From Octopus bimaculoides (Eukaryota), in assembly GCF_001194135.2 (NCBI RefSeq), contig NC_068983.1, positions 62,160,152-62,224,151 on the forward strand: DNA of 64,000 bases, read 5' to 3'. The notes under the pieces were generated by a model. The model ran no database searches and was not told the DNA's origin. It saw only the letters and a list, made by a program, of their open reading frames with translations. Positions 52,310 to 64,000 of this stretch are shown here, in pieces. How positions within the stretch are numbered: the first letter of the stretch is position 1; every line of letters starts with the position of its first letter. The translations under genes and the position numbers were made by a program.

Positions 52310-53207
52310 TCTCAAAGAAAGGAAAACAGAATTTCCTCAGCAATAGGTTCAAAACTCAGATTATAAATTCGTGATGGGACTGAAGTACGAAAGATTTCAC
52401 ATATGAATGGAATAGAATATGTAAAAGAAAAAAAAAAGAAGAATGAATATTAATCTGAAAGAAATGAAGTATAATAATGAAGTTTGAATCATGAATTTAA
52501 CTGTTTACTACTGAGTTGCAGATACTATCTACTGTTTATCTTTTATGTAGCGATCGTAAGCGGTCAGCATGTGTTGAATGCAATATAGACATAAGGTTTC
52601 ATAATTGCTATGTTATAAAAACAGAAGAATGGGTGTAAAAATGCTTTTTTTAATTTGGATATTGTTTAAGCACAACTATTGCCTTTTAATATATGTTTAA
52701 CTCCATAGTACATACATTCTACGTATGTGAGTATATACATAATTAAATATCTATAGAGATGTTTATATATATGCGCGTGCGTGTGTTTATGTGAGTGTGT
52801 GTGTATGTGTGTGAACGATTATATATACACAATCCTTCTATGTATATTAATGTGTGTATATATGAATACATACATATATATGTGCTCATGTGTGCGTGCG
52901 TATGCGTGTATGTGTAATTATATATACATATATCTATCTATGTATATCAATATGTATGTGTATATATGTGTGTACATTTATATATACATATATATATGTT
53001 TTTATTTATATATAAAACAAAAACATTAACCGAATAAAGGACTCAATAAACGAAGTCGAGTTTAACATTTATTTTCTTTTTAGTTGACAAATTATTCGTA
53101 TAGTCAGCAAAGTAAGGCCTTCGAACTCTGGTAAAAGTACACATGTGTTTCCTACATTATTATGTTCAGATAAAAGTTATTGCAATGAGTGAAGTAGAAA
53201 TATTCTT

Positions 53208-53335
53208 TTCTACTCTAAGCACAAGGCCCGAAATTTTGGGGGATGGGGGTCAGTCGATTAAATCGGCCCCAGTACTTAATTTATCGATCCAGAAAGGATG
53301 AAAGGCGAAGTCGACATTTTGTGTGTATAAGGAAA
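53208..53335 (-). mobile_element. SINE family B, 3' half
   Basis: CACAAGGCCCGAAATTTTGGGG...GAAAGGATGAAAGGCGAAGTCGAC. Confidence 0.75.
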
Positions 53336-53884
53336 GCTTACAATACATAGGCTTGCAGAAATGATTAAAGGTTTAAAAATTATGAATCAAAACAACTCAT
53401 TTTCATTAGTAGTTGATAACATTATGGAAAACCGAGGAACACTGCTATTACAAAATTAATATTGAGCTAATTTAGTATTATAGCTAAATCGATTCTACTC
53501 TAATTGTACCTATAAGGCCCACAATTTATTGCAGTTTTAAGATGATTTTAAATATGAACTTCAAAATTGGTATTTAAATTACTATTTTATTTTATATAAA
53601 GATAAATTATATATGTAATTAATATCTAAAACTAAAGATTAAATTGATATCAGTAGGTATTCTCAGCCTATATTTAATGACGTTTTGTATCATATCATTA
53701 GAATTCGTTAATTATACTCACTAGTAATGCCATAAATTTCGATTACACAAAGGAACATAACCGTTAATTAACTTAACTTAAGATTAAATTACAGATACTG
53801 TTGTTAACTTCGTAAAAGAGGTGAATTTTCAATTTAATAAAAATAGTTTAAATATTTAAGAAATATAACTATATATTGGTTTAA

Positions 53885-54090
53885 AATTCTGGCACAGGGC
53901 AAGCAATTTTGGGGGAGGGGATAGTCTATTACATCGATCAAAATGCTCAGATGGTACTTCTTTTAACATCCCCCAAAAGGATGTAAGGCAAATTCGACCC
54001 CGGCGATATTCGAACACAGAACGTAAACGCAGACGAAATGCCAACTGAACATTTTGCTCGGCAATCTATCGATTTTACCAGCTTACCGCC
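53885..54090 (-). mobile_element. SINE family B
   Basis: GGCACAGGGCAAGCAATTTTGGGGGAGG...GACGAAATGCC...ACCAGCTTACCGCC. Confidence 0.75.
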
Positions 54091-54550
54091 CTCAATAGAA
54101 CTCTATATTCTTCAGGGAATATGCTCAAACCATGCTTTCTAGTGTTACATGTTTTCACCTTTTCAGCTAAACATATTTGTTACCAACGAAAATTTCCATA
54201 CTGAAATTTAGGAATTGTGTTTCATTATTTCCTTAATCTTTCGAATAATTCTCATCACATATATATTACACATTCCTATTCACGCTTACAATTCTAACCC
54301 AATTGTTTCCTCATATATTGTCATACATTTCGTTTCTCCTATTAATCATTTATTGAACCCCAATTTAGGCTTCCGTAAATATTGAAATATGATAATAACA
54401 TTTTTTTATTGATTCTACTGCAGCGGTGACAAAAGTTTTCCCTTCAATCAGTACTGTATACTTAGTAAGTGTATGCATAACAAGCATAATTTTTTCAGCA
54501 AAGCCTGAAATGTCTAATCAAGAGGAACTTCGAAGTAAGTGTCACTTTAC

Positions 54551-54608
<58 letters not shown>

Positions 54609-54609
54609 A

Positions 54610-54707
54610 TTATCATTATTATTATTCAGGTCACTGCCTGGAATCGAATTCGGAATCTTGGGGTTAGTAGCCCGCGCTCTTAACCACTACGCTATATGCC
54701 TGTAGGC
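54610..54707 (-). mobile_element. Very short tRNA-head SINE with (AAT)n tail
   Basis: Minus strand GGCATATAGCGTAGTGGTTAAGAGCGCGGGCTACTAACCCCAAGATTCCGAATTCGATTCCAGGCAGTGACCTG-AATAATAAT. A and B boxes are present; acceptor and T stems do not pair, so it is not a tRNA gene. Confidence 0.6.
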
Positions 54708-55022
54708 ACTTATTCTATCAGCCTGTTTTGCCGAGCCGCTAAGCTTCGGGGAATAAATACACCAACGCCGGTTGTCAAGTGGTGGTGGTGGGACAAACAC
54801 AGACACAATCACGCACACGTACATATATCACACACATAGATACACACACAGAGACATATACGACAGGCTTCTTTCAGCTTCCGTCTGCCAAATCCACTCA
54901 CAAGGGTTTGATTGGCCGAAGGCTACAGTAGAAGACACTGTCAAAGGTGTCATGCAGTGGGACTGAACCCGGAACCATGTGGATGGGAAGCAAGTTTCTT
55001 ACGACACAGCCACGCCTGCGGC
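54708..55022 (-). mobile_element. SINE family A, 3'-truncated
   Basis: Head CACAGCCACGCCTGCG and B-box region GCAGTGGGACTGAACCCGGAACC (plus-strand view); body matches the family. Confidence 0.85.
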
Positions 55023-55394
55023 TATATGTAACATCATTAACAGGAAAATGGTAATTATGTAAACTGGTAAACGCGTTGTAAGAAATCAAGCAACTGATAC
55101 TACAGGCGCATAGCATATAGTAATAAAACAGAAGTGCTGTGGTAAATGAGATGCAGGGAACTACTGACAGAACGAACGATATATACGAAACCGAGCAGGC
55201 ATCATATTAAAGTACTTGAAAATAAAAATATATGTAAAGAATTTAATCCGAGCAGAAGAAATTACTTGAAAATAACAAAGAAATATTCTAAGCATTTGAA
55301 CACCACAATGTTTCCGTCTTGTATTAGTTAACTTTTTGTTTATTTTTTTATCTTGTTTCATGCTGATCTTTCTCAAAGAAGTTGCGTAATCCAT

Positions 55395-55434
55395 CTTCAA
55401 CGTTTCTAGACTTTCACAAATCATCTTCAGAGTA
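55395..55434 (-). ncRNA. Hammerhead-like motif, core intact, helix I not formed
   Basis: Minus strand reads CTGAAGA-T-GATTT-GTGA-AAGTC-TA-GAAAC-GTT^GAAG. It has a GNRA-capped helix II and palindromic helix III (AACGTT). The flanks ATACT/GAAGA do not pair. Confidence 0.5.
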
Positions 55435-55619
55435 TATAGTATTATTGGTAAGTATATATTCCTATTTTCATGGTAGAGGAAAGCGACGATGACGTTCAAA
55501 TTCGTTTGTCCTTAACGCCGGAGTATAAAATTTTGTCAGATTTATACATTTGTCTTTCTATTTTCTTTCATTCTCTTTCTGTTTCTTTCTTTCTCCTTTT
55601 CATTCTTTCTTTCTCTTTT

Positions 55620-55674
<55 letters not shown>

Positions 55675-55870
55675 CATCCTGTATGTGTGTACGTGTAATC
55701 CTATCACTTACATCCCTAAAATCGCTGGCGTTGTGTTAAAAATTTTAAGACAACGCCAGCTACAACAGCAGCAGCAGCAACAACAACGATAATAATGAGG
55801 AACATTCTCCCTTTATTTGGCGTGTCGGATGAGGGCGAAATTACAAAATCAAGTTATAGGTAGCGTGGGG

Positions 55871-55871
55871 T

Positions 55872-55938
<67 letters not shown>

Positions 55939-55948
55939 CAGCAGTAGT

Positions 55949-56019
<71 letters not shown>

Positions 56020-56035
56020 TAGTAGCAGCAGCAGT
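55871..56035. repeat. (AGT)n/(AGC)n trinucleotide microsatellite
   Basis: Direct reading; explains the poly-Ser ORF. Confidence 0.95.
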
Positions 56036-56339
56036 AGCTGGAGTGGTAGTAGTTGTTGTTATTATTGTAGCATTAGTAACATGCTATACAGAGACAGGCA
56101 TATCCAGAGTAATATGTAAACTTTCTATAAATTCAAGCAGTATAACTTTAGTAGCAAGAGAAAATATTGTATTTGGATGTATATAAAAAAAAACAGTTGC
56201 CACCAAAAATGTATTTTATATAACTACTTAGTGAAACTACATTATACACACCTGTTCATGCAATCTGTCTTATAAAAAACAATACGCACAACGTACAGAA
56301 AGGCATTATTTCGAGTGCTAGAATTGAAGGCCTGTTACG

Positions 56340-56514
56340 TTGTTTCCATGGTGCATAAGTGACTGAGATCACAAAATTACTGCATCACAGGACTCTGGTA
56401 TATCGCAGTGTTAATCTCTACGAAATGAAGTGTTTTGCTCAAAGCACCAATCATCTCGGTCTGCAAATCGAAACCACAATCTTGGGATCGTGAGCGCAAC
56501 ATCCTAGCCACTAC
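56340..56514 (-). mobile_element. tRNA-headed SINE fragment (family C-like)
   Basis: Minus strand TAGTGGCTAGGATGTTGCGCTCACGATCCCAAGATTGTGGTTTCGATT...CTTTGAGCAAAACACTTCATTTC. Confidence 0.5.
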
Positions 56515-56999
56515 AATATTTACGAATGAAAAGATTGTAAATACTCACGAATATACGACATAAAATACCGAATGGCTATAGTGCATATTTTTGAAAGATT
56601 TAATAACAGTATGTTATCGAAAGACTTAATTATGTATTAGAGTGACCCAGCTGGGAGAAACGTTGTACTATCTGAGAAGTGCAAAATCTAAGACCTAGCA
56701 GGGAAGATTCCTAATTGCATCAAAGGACTGCAGCCTCCCAATAGAAAACCCACAAAGCATAAAATGCAACAAAATATAGTGTATCTGAACTTTCTGATAC
56801 GTCCTTCTACATTGAAAGAGAAACTACGGCTAATCTTTTGAATACTGTGGACAAAGACATCGAAGATATCTCTTAATCAATACTTTGATTCTAACAAGGT
56901 ATCAGAAAACAGAATAACGAAATTATTCATATGTAAAGGATCCAAAGATACAGAAGCAGATAGTGGAGAATGAGAACAGGAACAATTAGTTTAATATTA

Positions 57000-57178
57000 T
57001 TTTCAAATTTTGACACAGGCCCATAAAGACGTTTATACCGACCCTATTTCTCTACTGGTACTTATTTTATCGACCCCAAAAGGCAAAGTCGACTACGGTG
57101 GAATTTGAACTCAGAAAATGAAGATGAACGAGACACCGATAAGCATTTTGCTCGGCATGCTGACAGTTCTGCCTGTTT
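57000..57178 (-). mobile_element. SINE family B
   Basis: CTGGTACTTATTTTATCGACCCCAAAAGGCAAAGTCGAC...GGAATTTGAACTCAG. Confidence 0.75.
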
Positions 57179-57530
57179 GATACATTAAGGTACACTAATA
57201 ATAAGTGCCTTAAAGAAGATTGCAAGCACGCAAATAAACAACCAAAACCACAAAAACCACGAAAACGCTACTACTAATTGTTGGAAATGTTTTATATTTA
57301 CTACATCCCATCCATAAGGGAAAAAATGGAGAATCACAAAGCATAAAGAGCAGTGCTAAATTGTGCACCAAAATCATTCTATAAAACAAGACAACTATAA
57401 TGATAAATTATCCTTTCTACACAAGGTTTGAAATTTGAGGGAGAGAGCAAGTCGACTAAATCGACCCTGGTGCTCAATTGTGGTGGTGATGTTGGTTGGT
57501 GGTGAGGTGGGGGTGATGCTGATGATGATG

Positions 57531-57625
57531 AAGAAGAAGAAGAAGAAGAAGAAGAAGAAGAAGAAGAAGAAGAAGAAGAAGAAGAAGAAGAAGAAGAAGA
57601 AGAAGAAGAAGAAGAAGAAGAAGAA
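57531..57625. repeat. (AAG)n microsatellite
   Basis: Direct reading; explains the poly-Lys ORF. Confidence 0.95.
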
Positions 57626-58076
57626 GGAACCTCCTATATATTTTATCTCTTATTTCATAGCAATTATCATCTTTAAATGTAATAGCCGTAGTAATAACAT
57701 CGAGAAGTTATAAAAATGTCAGTAACAATGAGCAGCTATAACACCATACATTGAAGAGCAGAGAATGGTACAGTATATGTTGTATGACAAAAGGTGTCTT
57801 TAAAAGATTATGAGGTTGATGAAGACGGTGATAATAACGATGACGTCAAAACGATGAGGATTTGGAGCGGGGAGGAAGTGATGGCTTCATATAACGTTTG
57901 GTCATCATCAGAAAGTAAAATATGAACAAAGAAAATAGAACATATTTTTGAATACATAGTTAGAATTACCACAATCAATCATTGCTACAAAATAACCACC
58001 ATCGCTACAAAATAACAACTTCCTCCAAATTCACCATTATATTACAATTACAACAGCTACAACAACCACAATATCA

Positions 58077-58137
<61 letters not shown>

Positions 58138-59597
58138 AAAACAACAACTACAACTAGAAGTACCCATAGAAATTCAAGGGTAAAAGTGAATTTTTTTAGA
58201 TGGCTTCAAGTTTTTATGCAACCATAAAAATTAATGTTTCTTTTGAAATTGTATATTTTCCATTATTTTCATTTTAAAAAAAACATTCAGCTCCTCTGGA
58301 TATGTCTATAGATGAGGGAGCACGACTTCCCGTTCTCTCATCGCTTCAAATGTGCATTTCTAAATCTAAAAGCTTCACAATGATTACAGGGAATATTCAT
58401 GTCACCAATGTTGTAACTTTCAACCCTATGTTTTCTTTTTTTTTTTTTTTGCTGTTCTCTTACATTTCCATTTTAACATCTCTTATGTGTTGTAAATACT
58501 AAATACTCACTATATTCTCTTTAATTCATACTTTCTCTTCTACTATACTGCTCCCGTACTTGTAGTGATTCGACCCTATGCTTCCCTTTACGTCGTTGCT
58601 TATATCGTTCCATTCTTTTTCTCATTAGCTTACATCATCCGTCATCCATATTTCATAAGCAAATATCAATTTTTGAGAGAAGAGTCAATACATAATTGCA
58701 CTTATGCACATGCATAAGTGACGGGCGATACAAAAAATTTAGTTCAATAAAAAAAATGTATACTTTTCGTTATCCACTCACCACCACTACCATTTTCGGT
58801 AACAAAGCTCGGTTTAAGTTGCTTGCCAACCAAGAATATTTTCCTTTCAGTTCAGTTCAGCTGTTTGTTTGTATCTAATTTTCTTGCTGATGACGTATCT
58901 ATCCAGTCTAACAATACAAGTTTCGAATGACAAATAAATAAAAAAAATTGACATCCACGGCTATTTTGTTAAGTCATTCCACTTTCATTGAAAAATCTTT
59001 CTATCTGTTATGAGTTTATTATATCTTTTCACCTTCCACCCATTGATGTATTTATCTACGTGGATAGAAGATGTAAAATAATTAAATATTAAAATGTTAT
59101 TTTCTCGTCAGTCACAATAATATATAATGCTTAAAATTTCTCTCTGCTGAATGCTTTATTTTTGTCATTCTCTTTTCCTCTTTACCTTTAACTTCAAAAT
59201 GCTTTTTAGCCATGTAATTCCCCTCTAATTTCTCTCCTTTTTTCTTCACTACACACTTTCCCTAATCACGTGACAGTGTAATGCATCGGCTGGCATAGCT
59301 TTACTATTCTGGCTTTATCTGCCTCTGAATGTTAATATAAATGTCATTACCATTTTCTCGACCAGCATTTTTTTAATCTCACCACCAGAACATCAACCCT
59401 CTGCTAAACATTGCATTTATATCTTCTCTATAACTCACCCTTCAACTAACTTTTTAACAACGTAATAACTATTACTTTCCCCTACCACTCATCGTTAACA
59501 TTTTCCTCTCTCTTTTTTTTACGCTCGCTCTTCGTTTTCTTCGTCAGCTAAACACTTGATAGCGTAATACATTAGCTTTAGCATATTAATAATAATA

Positions 59598-60596
59598 ATA
59601 ATAGCGAAAGAAATAGACAGAGAAAAATCCCAGCAATGGCTGAGAAGCTCAGGACTCAAAGCAGAGACTGAAGGATTTTTAATTGCTGCACAAGACCAAA
59701 GCCTCCCCACCAGAAATTACCAAAAACACATAATGAAAAAAAATATAACAAGTAACTGTAGAATATGTGGAGATGGACAAGAAACAATAAATCATATTAT
59801 CTCTGGCTGCCCAGTCCTGGCTAAGAAGGAATATATTCACAGACACGACAGAGCTGGGACCTATACACACTGGAAGCTATGCCAACACTATGGAATAACA
59901 ACAGAAAAAAGATGGTATAAACACACACCAGNNNNNNNNNNNNNNNNNNNNNNNNNNNNNNNNNNNNNNNNNNNNNNNNNNNNNNNNNNNNNNNNNNNNN
60001 NNNNNNNNNNNNNNNNNNNNNNNNNNNNNNNNNNNNNNNNNNNNNNNNNNNNNNNNNNNNNNNNNNNNNNNNNNNNNNNNNNNNNNNNNNNNNNNNNNNN
60101 NNNNNNNNNNNNNNNNNNNNNNNNNNNNNNNNNNNNNNNNNNNNNNNNNNNNNNNNNNNNNNNNNNNNNNNNNNNNNNNNNNNNNNNNNNNNNNNNNNNN
60201 NNNNNNNNNNNNNNNNNNNNNNNNNNNNNNNNNNNNNNNNNNNNNNNNNNNNNNNNNNNNNNNNNNNNNNNNNNNNNNNNNNNNNNNNNNNNNNNNNNNN
60301 NNNNNNNNNNNNNNNNNNNNNNTATCATAGTAGGTGCCTTAGGTATAATAAAAAAATATTCAGACAAATACATAACAAAAACACCAGGACTTACAAATAT
60401 ATATAACATACAGAAAATTGCACTACTGGGTACTGCACACATTCTACGCAAAACACTTTCAATACAGTAAACATAAGAGCACCACAACAAACCACAGCAC
60501 ATACCCAAGGCGCACAGAGCTGCGCTCGGTAGTGAAGTGAAAGCACGTTATAAAAATAAAACTACTGAACAATAATAATAATAATAATAATAATAA
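59598..60596 (+). mobile_element. R4/Dong-clade LINE, 5'-truncated young copy F flanked by (AAT)n on both sides
   Basis: Open frame on both sides of the gap: WLRSSGLKAETEG...CRICGDGQETINHIISGC...RHD...HW; IIVGALG...LLGTAHILRKTLSIQ*. Then 3'UTR and tail. Confidence 0.92.
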
Positions 60597-60602
60597 GCGC
60601 AA

Positions 60603-60685
60603 GCCTGGACAGCAGTCCGCCTGGACAGCAGTCCGCCTGGACAGCAGTCCGCCTGGACAGCAGTCCGCTTGGACAGCGGCTGGAC
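60603..60685. repeat. 16-bp minisatellite (GCCTGGACAGCAGTCC)x4 plus partial
   Basis: Four perfect units at 60603-60666, then a degenerate fifth. Confidence 0.95.
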
Positions 60686-60778
60686 ATGTTTTTCGCTGCT
60701 ATAAGCAATCAGCAGCTGAAGACACAGAAACACTATACAACCTAGTAGGGCAACTGAAAAATAACTCTCAAAGACTGG

Positions 60779-61168
60779 AATATCTACAACTTCTGTGAAC
60801 ACCTATTCTTTCCTTTCTCCTTGAGTATTCGAAAATGTAAAATATCCTCTTTATTCTAAGAACACTACAATTTTCTCTCTTCGGACAAACAAGGGATCAT
60901 CACTACTAAATTTTAAAACTTCAATATCTACAATTTTCTGCGAAAATGTTACCCTTCTTTTCTTTCCTTTCATTTCTTCCTGAGTATTCGGAAATGTAAA
61001 CATCCTTTTAATTGCAAAGACACTAAAGTCTTCTTTGATCGGACATATAAACGAATATCTCTAAGAAATTTAGGAACTTTAATATCTACAATTTCGTGTG
61101 AACATCTTATCTTTCCTGTTTTTCCTGACTACCCGAATATGTAAACACGCCTTTTATTGTAACAACAC
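60779..61168. repeat. Degenerate ~150-bp tandem repeat, 3 units
   Basis: AATATCTACAA anchors at 60779, 60923 and 61081. Each unit also has GAGTATTCG(G/A)AAATGTAAA and TT(T/A)ATT.{5,6}ACAC-like blocks. Confidence 0.8.
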
Positions 61169-61334
61169 AATTAAAAGCATAATAAAAATCAAAAAATTAA
61201 GGAGGTAAGCGGATGTCAATATATAAAAACTGCACAATTACTGTAAACCACAGTGAAACTTATAAAAAGAAAAGAAAAATTTCAAAGAAAAAAATTCAGA
61301 ATTTCAAAAATTCAACGAGGTGAACATCAGAATC

Positions 61335-61589
61335 TCTTTTACTCTTTTATTCTCTTTTATTTGTTTCAGTCATTTGACTGTGGCCATGCTGGAGCACCGC
61401 CTTTAGTCGAGCAAATCGACCCCAGAACTTATTCTTTGTAAGCCTAGTACTTACTCTATCGGGCATTTTTGCCGAACCACTAAGTTACGGGGGACGTAAA
61501 CACACCACCATCGGTTGTCAAGCGATGTTGGGGGGACAAACACAGACACACAAACATATACACGCACACGCACACACACACACACACAC
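61335..61589 (-). mobile_element. SINE family A, 3' half with (TTCTTTTA)n tail (remainder in gap)
   Basis: TGTTTCAGTCATTTGACTGTGGCCATGCTGGAGCACCGCCTTTAGTCGAGCAAATCGACCCC... Confidence 0.85.
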
Positions 61590-62349
61590 NNNNNNNNNNN
61601 NNNNNNNNNNNNNNNNNNNNNNNNNNNNNNNNNNNNNNNNNNNNNNNNNNNNNNNNNNNNNNNNNNNNNNNNNNNNNNNNNNNNNNNNNNNNNNNNNNNN
61701 NNNNNNNNNNNNNNNNNNNNNNNNNNNNNNNNNNNNNNNNNNNNNNNNNNNNNNNNNNNNNNNNNNNNNNNNNNNNNNNNNNNNNNNNNNNNNNNNNNNN
61801 NNNNNNNNNNNNNNNNNNNNNNNNNNNNNNNNNNNNNNNNNNNNNNNNNNNNNNNNNNNNNNNNNNNNNNNNNNNNNNNNNNNNNNNNNNNNNNNNNNNN
61901 NNNNNNNNNNNNNNNNNNNNNNNNNNNNNNNNNNNNNNNNNNNNNNNNNNNNNNNNNNNNNNNNNNNNNNNNNNNNNNNNNNNNNNNNNNNNNNNNNNNN
62001 NNNNNNNNNNNNNNNNNNNNNNNNNNNNNNNNNNNNNNNNNNNNNNNNNNNNNNNNNNNNNNGCGCTCTAATTGATCACTAGTAGTAGTCAACACATTTG
62101 ACCTCTACTGACCCTAAGGGGTGAGGCCGCTATTGTCTCCTTATCGCACGGGAATTCCCTTTGCTGATCTCTTCACCATCTGCCGAATCTATTTACAGAC
62201 CGGTGGAATTTAATCCTACTATTCCCTTAAACACTCACATATTTATGATCATCTCAAGTACAAGACACTCACGTATTTATGATCATCTCAAATACATGAC
62301 AGAAGTTCAAACAAAACAACTGGGTATGTATTCAAAAGACGCCAACAAA

Positions 62350-63208
62350 AAGTCCACCATTTGTTATGGATGACCTCAAACTTTATGGTAAAGATGAAGC
62401 CCAAATCAGTTCCCTCGTTGATAAGGTGTACACTCTCAGCGCTGCTATCAGAATGGTGTTCGGACTGAGAAAGTTGGTGTGTTAGTCTTGAAGAGAGGCA
62501 AAATCAAATGTATGGACGGGCTAACGATACCGTCGGGGGAAGTTATGAAGCAGATAGAAGAGACGGGCTATAAGTACTTGCGGATTTTGGAAATGGATAA
62601 ATTGATGGAGAAATAAATGACAGAAAAATTTAAGGTCGAATACTTGCGCAGACTGAGACTGATCGCTAAGTCGAAATTAAACGGACGGAATGAGATCAAA
62701 GTTATCAACACCTGGGCGGTTTCACTCCTTAAATATGGAGCAGGGGTAATTGCGTGGATAGTACACGAACTAATCAGCTTAGACAGAAAGGCAAGGAAGT
62801 TACTAACTAGATATGGGACACTCCACCTAAAATTGACACAGTCAGACTGCATGTAGCAAGAAAAAGAGAGGGAAGAGAAGTTATTGGATGCGAACACACC
62901 ATTAGAACAGACGAAAACAACGTAGCATGGTATGTAAAAAATGCCACAGAACCGCTATTATTGGAAGCACTATACAAAAAAATGAAAATGAATGAAACTG
63001 AAAATAGGTGGGTAAAGAAACGAATGCACGGTTAATTTCATAGGGATGTTGAAGATAAGACAGACAGAGAAAAACGATGGCTGTGGATGACTAAATGATT
63101 TAAAACCGGAAACAGAGGCTCTAATCTGTGCTCCCCAAGAGCAAGCACTAAGAATAATACTACATAAAATACAGAATAGACAACACGGCAGAAAGTGATA
63201 AGTGCAGA
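62350..63208 (+). mobile_element. R4/Dong-clade LINE RT fragment (copy G)
   Basis: MDDLKLYGK, YKYLRILE, YLRRLRLIAKSKLNGRN, INTWAVSLLKYGAG, MHG*F and ETEALICAPQEQAL; frameshifts; runs into a gap. Confidence 0.88.
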
Positions 63209-63308
63209 NNNNNNNNNNNNNNNNNNNNNNNNNNNNNNNNNNNNNNNNNNNNNNNNNNNNNNNNNNNNNNNNNNNNNNNNNNNNNNNNNNNNNNNNNNNN
63301 NNNNNNNN

Positions 63309-63342
<34 letters not shown>

Positions 63343-63760
63343 ATATATGTATATGTATTTATTTCTTCGTAAAATGAGAAAAATAGTGTATTACGAGCAC
63401 TATAAATAGAAAAATAATCTATTTATTGGTGCAGTAACATGCTTAACTCTCTGACTCTACTATATCGATTCTTAAGTACTAAGATTGTAATTAGCCTTTT
63501 CGAAATCTAGCCAATACAATCAGCATCTCATAGCTATTGGTGACGTTGTCACTCTATCAGAGAATTGGTGTTAATTAGACGTGTTGCTTTATAATCCATA
63601 GGTGATTGCAATAAATCGTCTCCAAACAGTCTAGCTAAATAGCTACAGAAAGCTACCATGTGAAAATCCTTTCTTAAGACTACAGGAAGAAGATTGCACA
63701 TTGCATGCTTATACATGATTATGGTGCAGAGAAAACCATATTTGATGATTGTCATGTAAA

Positions 63761-63915
63761 GCTGTGGCTGTGTGGTAAGAACGTTGCCTCCTAACGATGT
63801 TTTCAGTTTCAGGCTCTCTGCGTGTCACTTTGGGCACATGCCTTCTACTATAGCCCTGGCACGACTGAAGTTGTGTGAGTGGATTTGGTGGAAGTAAAAG
63901 GAAAGAAATTCGCCT
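63761..63915 (+). mobile_element. SINE family A, old diverged 5' half
   Basis: GCTGTGGCTGTGTGGTAAGAA...CTTCTACTATAGCC...GTGAGTGGATTTGGT, followed by (AC)n. Confidence 0.65.
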
Positions 63916-63938
63916 GTCTGTCTGTCTCTGTCTCTGTG

Positions 63939-64000
<62 letters not shown>

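Noticed and set aside
52423-52440. A-rich run after the SK ORF as a retrocopy poly(A) relic
   Set aside because: Such runs are common in this AT-rich window and no matching TSD was found.
54627-54707. Possible tRNA gene
   Set aside because: Acceptor and T stems do not pair and an AAT tail follows; called a SINE head instead.
57885-57915. Minus strand CTGATGATGACCAAACGTTA, hammerhead-like
   Set aside because: No helix II, G12 missing and no helix I.
60603-61168. Repeat arrays considered as CRISPR-like
   Set aside because: Units are contiguous with no unique spacers, the genome is eukaryotic and there are no cas genes.

Overview
Eukaryotic, AT-rich draft-assembly window, dense in microsatellites and with many N gaps. 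The repeat families look like those of a coleoid cephalopod, most likely Octopus; this is recognition from memory, not a database result. There is one clear host gene: a complete, uninterrupted 476-aa small-conductance Ca2+-activated K+ channel (SK/KCNN family) ORF at 50721-52151 (+). It has no introns in the coding region and a remodelled S3-S4 loop. The rest is mostly transposon debris: at least 8 R4/Dong-clade RLE LINE pieces, two Penelope-like RT fossils, three mariner derivatives, two L1/Tx1-like ORF1 remnants, an RTE 3' end, a hAT MITE, a hAT transposase fossil and about 20 tRNA-derived SINE copies. Several R4/Dong pieces are stacked head-to-tail at (AAT)n tracts, and one mariner is a fold-back built from two 5' ends. 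The most unexpected signal, read directly from the sequence, is a set of minimal type-I hammerhead ribozyme motifs. Two are fully intact (14416-14460 +, 44043-44090 +) and three are partly decayed (55395-55434 -, 34869-34904 -, 8563-8600 -). They have unrelated stems but all carry a palindromic helix III, the dimeric-hammerhead architecture known from Penelope-like elements and retrozymes. TE boundaries are approximate; all alignments were done by eye.
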